64,000 nt of DNA from assembly GCA_963675495.1 (NCBI GenBank), contig OY776215.1:1920001-1984000 (forward strand), read 5' to 3'. The position numbers and the translations under genes were made by a program. Shown piece by piece: positions 38,844 through 48,730 of the stretch. Under the pieces are notes generated by a model, which was not told the DNA's origin, ran no database searches, and saw nothing but the letters and a program-made list of their open reading frames with translations. How positions within the stretch are numbered: the first letter of the stretch is position 1; each line of letters opens with the position of its first letter. Source of the stretch: an uncultured Methanolobus sp. Lineage in GTDB: Archaea; Halobacteriota; Methanosarcinia; Methanosarcinales; Methanosarcinaceae.

Positions 38844-40121
38844 TCAATCTTCATATTCATTGGTTTTGATGACTGTTCTCTCATCGAATGCTGCGACTGC
38901 ATTGAGCATATCTTTTTGTGTAAGCTCGGTCCTCTCTGTTACAAGTGCAGTGAGCACTCCTTCCCGGATGACCATACGCAGGTCCGAACCACTATAACCA
39001 TGCGTCAAAGCTGCTATTTCCGCAGTGTCAAAGTCTCCTTTGATCTCTTTTGTAACGATGTCAAGTATCTTCTTGCGCATGTCCACATCAGGAAGCGGGA
39101 ATTTCATAATATCATCAAAACGTCTCCATGCAGCAGAATCAAGCATCTTAGGGTGGTTTGTCGCAGCCAGAAGAAGTACACCGTCTGTTGTAAGGCTGAT
39201 GTCATCAATGGCCTTGAGCAAAGTGTTCACGGCTCTTTTAAGAGCTGCATGTTCATCAGACGAACGTGTCTTTGCGACAAAATCAAATTCGTCAATAAAA
39301 AGTATGCAAGGACTTAATTTTTTAGCAAGTGCAAATACCCTGTCTATATTTTTCGCAGTCTCTCCCAGGTATTGGTCAGTTATCATTGAGAGTCTGACCT
39401 CCACAAAAGGACTCGAAAGGTGCTCTGACATTGCCTTTGCAAGTGATGTCTTACCTGTTCCGGGAGGGCCGACCATTAATATCTTACCTACATCATAAAG
39501 GCCAATATGCTTGAGGTAGTCCCTGTATTTTATTGCCTTGACTATCTTCTTTGTTTCTTCTTCCTGTTCCTGTGTAAGAACAAAATCTTTCATTGTCTGG
39601 CGTATATCCTCCGGCGCGCTGATCTGTACCAGTTTTAGCATATCAGGTCCGCCTTCTTCTTTTTCAATATCTGCTATCAGGGACTCTATCCATTCCCTGT
39701 CAACTTCTTTTGGCCTGACCTTTGATTTTGCACTGGTGTAGTCTGCTCCATCTGTCTTATTTTTCTCATAATAAAATGCAAGAACAGGATTATGTGATAT
39801 TCTTTCCCGGTTCTCATCTTTTTTCTGGAACCATTCTGCTCCAACTTCAAGAGCAGTTATCTTTGCGGAAAATTCCATGTCATCGATCTTGACAAAAGGA
39901 ACTGATATTGATCTGTTATCTATGTTCTCAACACCAAATATCTTTTCAAGATCAGTAACACTAACCCTTATAGGCTTTGGAACTGTTTTGTGATCCCTGC
40001 TCCAGTAATATTTACGTATATCCTTGGGCAGATCACTCACATCCATTTCGGGATATTTGCTATATATTTGTGCTGTAAGTAGCAGTTCCACAATATCGAG
40101 GGTTATATCGGACATATTCAT
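38844..40121 (-). CDS. AAA+ ATPase (single AAA domain, archaeal N-terminal domain)
   Basis: GPPGTGKT, LFIDEFD, AATNHP..LD.AAWRRFD, GYSGSDL. Confidence 0.9.
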   Translation of the reverse strand: MNMSDITLDIVELLLTAQIYSKYPEMDVSDLPKDIRKYYWSRDHKTVPKPIRVSVTDLEKIFGVENIDNRSISVPFVKIDDMEFSAKITALEVGAEWFQKKDENRERISHNPVLAFYYEKNKTDGADYTSAKSKVRPKEVDREWIESLIADIEKEEGGPDMLKLVQISAPEDIRQTMKDFVLTQEQEEETKKIVKAIKYRDYLKHIGLYDVGKILMVGPPGTGKTSLAKAMSEHLSSPFVEVRLSMITDQYLGETAKNIDRVFALAKKLSPCILFIDEFDFVAKTRSSDEHAALKRAVNTLLKAIDDISLTTDGVLLLAATNHPKMLDSAAWRRFDDIMKFPLPDVDMRKKILDIVTKEIKGDFDTAEIAALTHGYSGSDLRMVIREGVLTALVTERTELTQKDMLNAVAAFDERTVIKTNEYED

Positions 40122-40278
40122 ACCTGATTAAATTATTTATTAATTGGAAGTTAACTATTAAGACATTACATATTATACATCTTTTTAGATATATTTTTTG
40201 TATACTCCTACTAAATATATTGTTTAAATATTATTATACTCGCCATGTATCTTATTTGTTTTTGAAGAGCAGACCAGT

Positions 40279-40782
40279 TTATACAAGTCGGATAACCTCT
40301 TTTGAAGGTGAATATATCTCTCCTGCTTGCATCATCTTTTTGATAGCGTCATCAAATCTGTCTTCATCAATGTCCCTGGCTATGACCACTTTTTTCAGAT
40401 CACCATAAAGCATCTGTTTATTATTGGATTGGAGTGCTTCAAGTATTAAACCATCTGCTTTTTTCTTTTTCTGAGATTCTTGTTTGTCAATAAAACATGC
40501 AGCTTTCTCCTCAATCTCCTCACCAAATATCTGATACTCGGTTTTGGAAGCACCCTCATTTTTGGCCTGCATAGTGTATGTTTCATTCTCTATTATACTG
40601 GCCTGTACCTGCGTCCTGAAGGATATTGCTTCGTTAAGGTCTTCTGATGAAAAGAAGATACGCAACTTTCTGACCATTAGTGTTGCGCTGCACCTCTGGC
40701 AACGAGTGGTCTTTGAACTTTCAAGTTCAATGATCTGTGCATTCTTCCTGCATTTTGTACATATGATGACCCCGTATACCAT
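40279..40782 (-). CDS. Zn-ribbon plus C-terminal wHTH protein (DUF1922/DUF5817-like)
   Basis: YGVIICTKC...TTRCQRC zinc ribbon; C-terminal M.QAGEIYSP. Start set at MVYGV. Confidence 0.75.
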   Translation of the reverse strand: MVYGVIICTKCRKNAQIIELESSKTTRCQRCSATLMVRKLRIFFSSEDLNEAISFRTQVQASIIENETYTMQAKNEGASKTEYQIFGEEIEEKAACFIDKQESQKKKKADGLILEALQSNNKQMLYGDLKKVVIARDIDEDRFDDAIKKMMQAGEIYSPSKEVIRLV

Positions 40783-40860
40783 CGGCAGCTTTTTAGTATG
40801 TATCCTATAAATAGTAAGCCTCACAGAGAAGAGGACCAAAAAGGTAAATTCAATGATACA

Positions 40861-41283
40861 ATGATACGAAGAGCATTGGTTTCTGATATTCCTGAAATTG
40901 TTGAGATAGAGGATTGTTCCTTTGACATGCCCTGGCCAGATTTTCTTTTCAAGGCCCACATTAATAATCCGGGGTTTGTTGTTTACGAGGAAGACAAGGT
41001 ACTTGGTTATGCAATAATTGGTTCATCAGGAGATAATAGAATGGCTCATTTGCAGAGTATTGCAGTTCGTAAGGAATACTTGCGGCAGGGAATTGCCAGT
41101 AAACTGCTTGAATGGTGCATTGACCTTGTGAAGCTTTATGGCTTCAATAAAATGATGCTTGAAGTGAGAGAGTCTAATGTTGCTGCTCAACTTTTCTATT
41201 CAAATAATGGTTTTCTGGTCGAGGGAAAAATAGATGGCTACTATCTTGATGAAAATGCCATTGTAATGGGCAGGAAAATTTGA
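40861..41283 (+). CDS. rimI: RimI-like GNAT N-acetyltransferase
   Basis: IRRA...DI.EI.EIE..SF..PW, IAV...R.QGIAS.LL, LEVRESN..AQ.FY, YY.DENA. Confidence 0.88.
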   Translation: MIRRALVSDIPEIVEIEDCSFDMPWPDFLFKAHINNPGFVVYEEDKVLGYAIIGSSGDNRMAHLQSIAVRKEYLRQGIASKLLEWCIDLVKLYGFNKMMLEVRESNVAAQLFYSNNGFLVEGKIDGYYLDENAIVMGRKI

Positions 41284-41284
41284 T

Positions 41285-41944
41285 CTATTTACCAAATCGT
41301 CTCTGACGCTTTTGAAAATCCCTTATTATCCTGATTATATCCAGTTTCCTTACGTTGTACCAGTTGACATCAGTGAAGTAAAATTCGGAATAGACCGTTT
41401 GCCATATCAAAAAATCAGACAGGTGCTTTCCTCCTGAGCGAATGAATATGTCAGGTTCGTGTTTCATCACTAGGTGGGATTCGATATCCTTTTCGCTTAT
41501 TTCTGAGGCTTTGATCTTCCCTTCTTTTACATTTTTCAGTACGGAAATGACTGCATTTGTAACTTCCCTGCGTCCTCCAAAACCAACAGAAATATAGACC
41601 TGAAACCCTTCTCCTTCTTTTTTTGAGCAGCTTTCTCCGCTCTCTTCGTATATCTCGTATCCTATATCATTAGGTATTTTCAAAAGGATCTCGTTAAGTT
41701 TCGTGGTTAATTTTCCTATCATTTCAGATTTGAGCTTTTCCTCGGTGTCCAGTACATCGATGTAAATACTGGCTCTCTTTATTCCAAGCTGTTTGCACCA
41801 GAGGATATAATCCTTTATTTTCTTGAAACCGCCTTTTTCCAGCAGGTCTGTTTCAGAAAGTGCCAGAGAAACATGCTCAGGGCTGGGATACTTCGTGACC
41901 TGCTGTAGCAAATGCTTCTCATAGACGGAAGTTACAAAGCTCAT
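41285..41944 (-). CDS. cis-prenyltransferase (UppS/Nus1-like) family protein
   Basis: GFGGR.E, EPD..IR.GG..LSDFLIWQ.VYSE.YF.DVNW, C-terminal RRFGK; ends in TAG. Confidence 0.85.
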   Translation of the reverse strand: MSFVTSVYEKHLLQQVTKYPSPEHVSLALSETDLLEKGGFKKIKDYILWCKQLGIKRASIYIDVLDTEEKLKSEMIGKLTTKLNEILLKIPNDIGYEIYEESGESCSKKEGEGFQVYISVGFGGRREVTNAVISVLKNVKEGKIKASEISEKDIESHLVMKHEPDIFIRSGGKHLSDFLIWQTVYSEFYFTDVNWYNVRKLDIIRIIRDFQKRQRRFGK

Positions 41945-41971
41945 GTATTATCCTGGCACTTTATTTTGTTT

Positions 41972-43156
41972 TTATTTTGCAGTGGAAACTATCTTAACAA
42001 CATCCCCGTCGTTGAGTTCGTGCTTTTCTCCAAGTCGCATTTTTGTTTTCCCATCCACTGCATAGAGGAATCCTTCACCGATATCAGAATGGATCTTGTA
42101 GGCAAAATCATGGGCATTTGAACCTTTTTTCATGAGGAATGCATCAGGTAGCACTCTTCCATTCTTATCGGTCCATTTTCCTTCATCTTCTACAGGATAG
42201 ACGATTATGAGGTCAAGAAGCTCGAAAACAGCGTTGTTGATACATTTTTGTATGCCTGTGCCATCCATTTTCTGTATAAGGGTGCGTACGTTTTCCAGTC
42301 CTTTTCTCTGGGCTGCGTTGAGTTCTTCAGACTGGATGCTGAAGTCATTGTCTCCGGGTTCATATTTTATGGCCTGGCTCTTAGCTGCTGACCTAAGGGC
42401 AAGCTCTGCTGCCGCACTTGTGGCTACTACTATCTGGTCAAGTGCCTGTAGGTTAGTTACATTCTCCGGTGGCGCAACATCTGTTTTGTTGGCGGCGATT
42501 ATCATTGGTTTGCTCAGAATGCGGACCGCGTCACAGAAACTGATTATATCTTCATCGGACCATTTGGTAAGATGGTTCCTGTCCAGTTTGCATTTGTTAA
42601 GGGCGGCATTGACCTGTGGCTCATCCACTCCTGCCCCGGCAAGCTGGTCTGCAAGTATGTGCTCTATTGAGAGTCCTTCCGCCTGTATCTTGCGTGAGAG
42701 CTTGGTCCAGTTTCTCTTGACGATGCTATAGATCCACATGGTGAGTTCACGGTTGAGAAAATCAATGTCACCAAGTGGGTCGTGGTCTCCAATATCAACC
42801 GGATTACCTTCTATATCAGTGCCGCCTGAGGCATCGATCACGTGGATGATTGCCTGCGCCTGACGAAGATCATCGAGGAAGGTGTTGCCAAGCCCGCGCC
42901 CCTGATGCGCATCTGGTACAAGACCCGCAACGTCTATGAGTTCGATAGGGACGTAACGTATACCATCAGAACAGTTGCCACAGCGCTGATCACGGCTTAC
43001 GCAGGGGCACTCTGCCCTTACGTATGTTACTCCTTTGTTTGCATGAATGGTTGTAAATGGATAATTTGCTATCTCCACGTCTGCCAGTGTTGCAGCCTTG
43101 AAGAATGTGGATTTCCCTGCATTGGGTTTACCTGCAAGTCCTATTGTCATCGACAT
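41972..43156 (-). CDS. ychF: YchF/Obg-family ATPase (archaeal, TGS domain)
   Basis: [46 protein letters not shown]. Confidence 0.93.
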   Translation of the reverse strand: MSMTIGLAGKPNAGKSTFFKAATLADVEIANYPFTTIHANKGVTYVRAECPCVSRDQRCGNCSDGIRYVPIELIDVAGLVPDAHQGRGLGNTFLDDLRQAQAIIHVIDASGGTDIEGNPVDIGDHDPLGDIDFLNRELTMWIYSIVKRNWTKLSRKIQAEGLSIEHILADQLAGAGVDEPQVNAALNKCKLDRNHLTKWSDEDIISFCDAVRILSKPMIIAANKTDVAPPENVTNLQALDQIVVATSAAAELALRSAAKSQAIKYEPGDNDFSIQSEELNAAQRKGLENVRTLIQKMDGTGIQKCINNAVFELLDLIIVYPVEDEGKWTDKNGRVLPDAFLMKKGSNAHDFAYKIHSDIGEGFLYAVDGKTKMRLGEKHELNDGDVVKIVSTAK

Positions 43157-43289
43157 GATTAGTAATCACTTTTGAAGGATTTAACTGTTATTGATTGCAA
43201 GCCCTGAACCACTCCCTTTCCAAAGCTCAATTTCTCCATTCCATTGATAATCTTTATATTGGATTAATACGTTGGAGAGGGCACATAGC

Positions 43290-43361
43290 GTCTCGGTAGG
43301 GTAGAGGATATCCTTGGGGCTTGCGGAGCCTTAGACCCGAGTTCGATTCTCGGTCGGGACG
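43290..43361 (+). tRNA. tRNA-Arg (anticodon GCG)
   Basis: Acceptor GTCTCGG/TCGGGAC, anticodon arm GGGGC-TTGCGGA-GCCTT, T-arm CCGAG-TTCGATT-CTCGG; TATA ctttatat upstream. Confidence 0.93.
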
Positions 43362-43638
43362 TAATTTTTTCTTTTCTAATTTTTACGCTATGGTGTTTGC
43401 TTTGCTTGGAATGAATGTTTAACATGTTCTCATAAAGTGGCTTTTCGATGTCGTCAATTTATGAGTGTGATAAAAATCCTATTATTAAACCATGAAGTTG
43501 ATACTACTCTATAAAACATGCCAGATCCTTCCCAATATTATCCTTTGATTAATTGAATTATATCACTATTGGTGAATATTTATTTGATAATTGGCCAACC
43601 CAAAAGCATATTTACACTCAAATTAAGATGCTTTTTAA

Positions 43639-44496
43639 ATGTCAGGACCTATAAGGTGTCATATTGAAAGTTTTTATTTAACATCTTTATTTTCTGCAAA
43701 ATGGAAAAAGAGTGACTGGTTATTTTATTTTGTATTTGTTCCAGCAGTTCTGGTTTTTATATTTTATCTTCCGGTCAGCCTGAAAGAAACATATTTCATC
43801 CTGTATCCTTCAAAGATAACACTGTATTCGCTTTTTCTCTCAAATTATGCGCATACTGATCTGACACATTTATCCGGAAACTTAGTCTCTTATCTGACAC
43901 TTTGTTTTTTGATTTTCAATCTTGAAACAAATAAACGTAACTTCTATGTGTACTCGATACTAATGTTTCTGGTTTTACCCTGGATAATATCAATTGTATC
44001 TATGAACATAATTGGCCCTAACACAACATATCAGGGTTTTTCAGGACCTGTCAGTTCGCTGTTCGGTTATCTGGCATATGTTGTATATAGATTCCTGAAG
44101 GAATATTGCTTAAAGAGCATTGATCTTACATTCCTTTTCCTGATAGTAATCATGAATCTCTTACTGGTCCTTGGTAATATTCACTCTCAACTATTCCAAT
44201 ACATATTCATAATTACATTTGCATTGATATTGGTCTATCTGCAAAAGGATCTAATCGTAGAAGTTATCAAGAAGAATTTAGATGTCAGGAATTGGTTGAG
44301 GTGTTTCCCTAATATCAAGCAATTGTACATCTTGGGATTACTCATTGGAACCTTAGATTACATATTGATACTGCCTGTTCTGGTTCCTCAGGAGATAATG
44401 AGCAACGGTGCTATTGTCAATTCTGTTGGTCACTATATAGGTTACTTTTTTGGGATTTTCGTCCCACTACTTATTTCTGTAATTTATGAAAAATAA
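43639..44496 (+). CDS. Divergent rhomboid-like intramembrane serine protease
   Basis: LFLSNYAH.DL.HL.GN, GFSG and GHYIG..FG motifs; multiple TMs; AT-rich. Confidence 0.6.
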   Translation: MSGPIRCHIESFYLTSLFSAKWKKSDWLFYFVFVPAVLVFIFYLPVSLKETYFILYPSKITLYSLFLSNYAHTDLTHLSGNLVSYLTLCFLIFNLETNKRNFYVYSILMFLVLPWIISIVSMNIIGPNTTYQGFSGPVSSLFGYLAYVVYRFLKEYCLKSIDLTFLFLIVIMNLLLVLGNIHSQLFQYIFIITFALILVYLQKDLIVEVIKKNLDVRNWLRCFPNIKQLYILGLLIGTLDYILILPVLVPQEIMSNGAIVNSVGHYIGYFFGIFVPLLISVIYEK

Positions 44497-44637
44497 TCAT
44501 AAATCTGCAAACTGCAGGCTAACTACTATTATTCAAAAAAGAGATAGCCTGAATTTTCTTTTAGTAGATTGTCCTTGAATGATATTTAAGACATTGTGTG
44601 TGGATGAAATAGGATTAGAGTTTTTTTAAGGATGGTT

Positions 44638-44898
44638 CTATCCCAGTTGGTCTGCCAAATCCACTATAACAGCATCTCCAATAGTTTCTGACTGGATCTT
44701 AGCACCGGCTATTATAGAGATCACGCCTGAAATTAATTCATCCTTATTGCTTTTATATTCTAAAATAGGATCAGCCGTTTCACAAGATGACATAGCCATT
44801 ATGTATTCTTCACCCTCATATTCAGTAACATATAGTTGAATTATTTTATCAACGTTTATAAATGAACCATTCAGTGTCGTGATGTAGACTGTATACAT
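44638..44898 (-). CDS. Hypothetical protein (86 aa)
   Basis: RBS GGGAGA upstream; coding-like composition; ends in TAG. Confidence 0.6.
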   Translation of the reverse strand: MYTVYITTLNGSFINVDKIIQLYVTEYEGEEYIMAMSSCETADPILEYKSNKDELISGVISIIAGAKIQSETIGDAVIVDLADQLG

Positions 44899-45044
44899 TT
44901 GAATCTCCCCATTAACTATTATGTTATATATTAATTCATAAAGTTTGTCAATGGTTATGCTAGAGGTACGACTGAAAAAGGATTAATTTGCAAAATTAAC
45001 TAAGTGGTTATACAATTCATAAATAAAAAAGTAAGAAAGAGGGA

Positions 45045-45800
45045 TTATTCCTTCCTTCTCTGAAATACTAGAGCCAGTCCAATTATTGAAGCAGTAGGTA
45101 ACAAAACAGAAGGGAACTCCGGGATGCTTTGTTCTGGAACTTCTTCATCTGGATCAATCGTATTGATGGTATTCGAAATAAACCCGGCGTTAGAAATCAC
45201 GCCTGAAGGATAGTTGTTTATTGTGCCATCTCCATCGCCTGAAGTTGATGAAATTTCACCTGTGTTATTTATTGTTCCATAGTTATTAATAACAACATTG
45301 TTACAAATACCACCACTGTTATAAATTACTCCTGTAGCGTGATTTTCTATTGTAGCTGGATAGTCAATATCTATTCTCCTTGTGTTATTAAAAATACCGC
45401 AATTGTGGATTTCTCTCCAGAGCCATATACTGCCATTGTTTGTGAATGTACCATGGTTATAGAATTGTCCTTCCAATTCCATTCCTCCATAATTAGAAAC
45501 GTTCCCATATATGTAAAACCCACCAAAGCATTTGATATTACCACTGTTGGTTATTTCAACAATCCCACCTTGCTCGACTATAAGCTTGCCACCAGCAGCA
45601 ATCTCGAAGCCGTCACCGGTCTCTATTACAAGCGTTTCTCCAGGTGCAATAGCCAAGATATCACCGGATTTTATTTCAAAAATATCAGTGCTTCCAACAA
45701 CTTCTGGATTTGTCAGATTTGCTGCGTTGGCAGTGCCTGCAAAAGCAAATAATGTTGCCATCATTATTAAGAATAATATTGTTTTATTCATTTGTAACAC
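45045..45800 (-). CDS. PEF-CTERM surface protein with Asn/Gly-rich beta-helix-like repeats
   Basis: Signal peptide, repeated (I/F)xNxG units, IPEFPS + TM + QRRKE. Confidence 0.85.
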   Translation of the reverse strand: MLQMNKTILFLIMMATLFAFAGTANAANLTNPEVVGSTDIFEIKSGDILAIAPGETLVIETGDGFEIAAGGKLIVEQGGIVEITNSGNIKCFGGFYIYGNVSNYGGMELEGQFYNHGTFTNNGSIWLWREIHNCGIFNNTRRIDIDYPATIENHATGVIYNSGGICNNVVINNYGTINNTGEISSTSGDGDGTINNYPSGVISNAGFISNTINTIDPDEEVPEQSIPEFPSVLLPTASIIGLALVFQRRKE

Positions 45801-45976
45801 CGTTTAATGATTATTGAAACATTTTGTAGAGGCATGTCCCACTTATGAATAAAGCATCTTTTAACATGCATATTAATTTATCTAAATGACATTGTATTTT
45901 TTAAATGTAGACGTACACCTAAAAAAGTCGTGCTTGATTCGCCTTACTTATATACAATTTTTTCCATTCTACTATT

Positions 45977-46780
45977 ATGACCAATCCAGACATTGCCACG
46001 TACATCAAAGAAGCCGATATTATTGAAAAGATGTATATGGACTTGCTGGGCGGTACAACTCAAAAAAGGATGAAGCATATTGATGCTGGTTCTACGGGAT
46101 TGCCGAATGTAGAATACAGGATATGCGAGATAAATGCAAAGAACGAGATTTTGCAACGTGCTCTTTTGCAGAGGTACGAAGATTGGTATGAAAGCTGCCG
46201 GGAGCTTGTTCAGGAATATGCAGGTGCGGGCAGGACATCAAAGCATGAAAATCTTGCAGAGCTGAACCAAAAGATAGTAACTCTCATCAGTCTAAAAGAC
46301 CCTGTCGGCAACTCCAACGAGAAAAAACATCTAAGAAAAGTGTTCATCACCTGTTTTGATGCTCAGGTCAGTATACTCCACTCAATAGGACATCGTATCG
46401 TTTTAGCAAGGAACGATTGCCAGAGAAGTGTTACAGCAAATCTGGTGAATTCTGAACTTGAAGAAGCAGAAAGTCTGTATGAACAAGGGTCTGTTCGTCA
46501 TGCTGCTGTCATTGCCGGAAAAGCTCTTGAAAGCTACCTGAAGATGTTGTGTGAAGTGAATGAGGTTGAATTAAAGCCTGAGGACACGATGCCAACAATG
46601 ATTCAAAAAATTCATGAGTCCGAAAATGCTTACATGTTTGATGTGGGGATGCTGGGGACAATAGGACATCTTGCGGATTTAAGTGCTAAATGTGGGGGTC
46701 TTGATGAGGAGTTTCTGGAAGATAGTATAAGGGAATTGATCGACCAAACGAGGGAAATGATTATTTTGGGTTTTTGTTGA
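45977..46780 (+). CDS. Hypothetical protein with C-terminal HEPN/DUF4145-like domain (catalytic motif apparently lost)
   Basis: LEEAE.LY..G...AAVIAG.ALE..LK.LC helix pattern; LADLSAKCGG lies where RxxxxH would be expected. Confidence 0.6.
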   Translation: MTNPDIATYIKEADIIEKMYMDLLGGTTQKRMKHIDAGSTGLPNVEYRICEINAKNEILQRALLQRYEDWYESCRELVQEYAGAGRTSKHENLAELNQKIVTLISLKDPVGNSNEKKHLRKVFITCFDAQVSILHSIGHRIVLARNDCQRSVTANLVNSELEEAESLYEQGSVRHAAVIAGKALESYLKMLCEVNEVELKPEDTMPTMIQKIHESENAYMFDVGMLGTIGHLADLSAKCGGLDEEFLEDSIRELIDQTREMIILGFC

Positions 46781-46934
46781 ATTTAGTAACAGATTATCCC
46801 TATCTTCTATACGGCATCTATATATTCCTCAATACTTCCCCTCCCTTCCACTTATATAATTCTGAGCTAATATAATCTGGCAAGGATAAGTTCCTGTGTA
46901 CGGCTGAAAACAAATTCATACCAGTACAAGAAAT

Positions 46935-47816
46935 ATGGACGCGATAACCTTTGATGGCTCATGCACTCCTAATCCAGGTGGATGCATGGGGTTGGGTTGG
47001 GTTGTAACCTTGCAAAACAACTCTTTTTCAATACTTGGAAACGACCGGCTTGAAAAAGACACCAGTAATAACGCTCTTTTTGCAGAATATCTTGCTCTTA
47101 AAAAAGGAATGCTTGAATATGTCAAGGCTGATGGTCAGGGTCCACTGACCGTAATGGGTGACAGTCAGGCGGTAATTTACCAGATGCGTGGCATCTACAC
47201 GATAGTGGATAATGATATCTGGAACATCTATAAAGATATCACTAATATCATTAAACAGTACGAGCTGGACATTCATTTTCGCTGGGTTCCAAGGGTATAG
47301 AACAAGCAGGCTGACAAATTATCAAAGAGCAAAGAAAAGGTTCGCATTCTTTATCCGAATGACCGTGAGTTTCTCATCGATCTGAGCAGTGCACCAGTAT
47401 CTGGAAATCTCCGGCAGAAGATAGCTATGATGAACTGCACAGCGCTGCCTACAAACTCTATGTTCAGGCGTCTGCATACAGCTTCAAGGGATGTGTTGTC
47501 TACTAAAAGTTTATTTGAGCTTCAGACAATGGCCGGGGAAAAAGCCACGAAGCTGGTCGCTGAAACATTTCCTGGTAAAAAAGACAGAAATAAGCATCAT
47601 CGGGCACAGGCTTTAAGGTGGATGCTCAGGGGTCTGGCAATGGACCTATCAGTTCAGAAAGTCAAGTTCGATATATGGAACAAGAAACAGGTCAGTTGTA
47701 GTAGCTCTGGAAACGCTAATAAATCTACAAATAAGATGTCCCAATCAAGGAAAAAGACAGGACCATCAGGTGGTGGATCCAAGTACTATCTGAACAGAAG
47801 AACTTTTGCATTTTAA
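46935..47816 (+). CDS. RNase HI-like protein with C-terminal extension, interrupted by an in-frame TAG (candidate pyrrolysine read-through, 293 aa)
   Basis: FDGSC..NPGG, AEYLAL, GDSQ.VI.QM.G, WVPRV-TAG-NKQADKLS. The 42 codons after the TAG are stop-free and in frame with ORF 47427..47816. Confidence 0.75.
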
Positions 47817-48085
47817 TTTATTTCATCTTCTGATTTTTTTATTGGGATGTTTAACGGTTTTTTCGCAAAACCTGCTCTACTAATTATGACTAATATTTTA
47901 TCTTTAAAACATTATAAAAATATACGGTAAGCTTTAATAATTACTATGCTGATATGTTTCATCGTAGTAAGTAATCCAGTTTGGTGGTACCCAAATATGA
48001 GAGGTGATTTGCAAAAATTGATCTGTCAGTAAATTCGTTTTTTGATTTGGTTTATTTGATAATTCAAATGTGAAGTGGACTGAAA

Positions 48086-48382
48086 ATGACTTTTATAAAA
48101 GATATTATACCCGTATTGATCCTTTATGTTTTAGGGGATACTATCACAACAGTTTATGCGCTGCAAACAGGTTATTTTTATGAAGGCAACCCTATTCTAT
48201 TTGAAATATTCACGACATATGGTTACATTTCCCTGATACCTCTCAAAATAGCCTTCATGTTTCTCTTATATCATGTATACAGGAACGCAAACAGGTATTA
48301 CTGGAACATCACAAGGTATTCTGTATCATTTATTGGCTTTCTTGCAACTCTCAGCAACACACTGGCAGTTATTCATTCTTAA
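48086..48382 (+). CDS. DUF5658-like membrane protein
   Basis: YVLGD.ITT..AL..G..EGNP motif, three TMs; paralog of 1133..1522. Confidence 0.75.
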   Translation: MTFIKDIIPVLILYVLGDTITTVYALQTGYFYEGNPILFEIFTTYGYISLIPLKIAFMFLLYHVYRNANRYYWNITRYSVSFIGFLATLSNTLAVIHS

Positions 48383-48577
48383 AGAACAAGGATCATATGA
48401 ATCAGTTTATATACTGTTCAGGTATGCCTGATATTCAGAAAAAAGAACACTCGGTCTAAGAGAAAGATAAGGTCATTAAGTGGGTGCCAGGTACTATCTG
48501 AAAAGGCGGATATTTTCCTTTTGACTTTCCTGTTCTTCTCTTTTTAGCTCCATTTTCGCTTTTCAATATTATCTCTT

Positions 48578-48608
48578 TTAATTAAGTATCGAAAAGATAC
48601 TTAATTAA
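48578..48608. promoter_or_regulatory. Perfect 13-bp inverted repeat upstream of the cytochrome gene
   Basis: TTAATTAAGTATC-GAAAA-GATACTTAATTAA. Confidence 0.55.
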
Positions 48609-48730
48609 CACTGTTAACACCCTATATTTTGACAGTATTACACAATACTTAAATAGGTGTAAATTTCACACTTATATAGTACTTATGTTAAGTGGATTTA
48701 ACTTTATTTAATTTATACCGGGGTTGAAAC

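Noticed and set aside
41285-41287. Pyrrolysine read-through of the cis-prenyltransferase TAG
   Set aside because: The protein already ends at the conserved RRFGK terminus, and the extension would run antisense into rimI.
47427-47816. 129-aa ORF as a separate gene
   Set aside because: It is in frame with the upstream RNase H ORF across a single TAG and has no evident RBS, so it is treated as the C-terminal domain.
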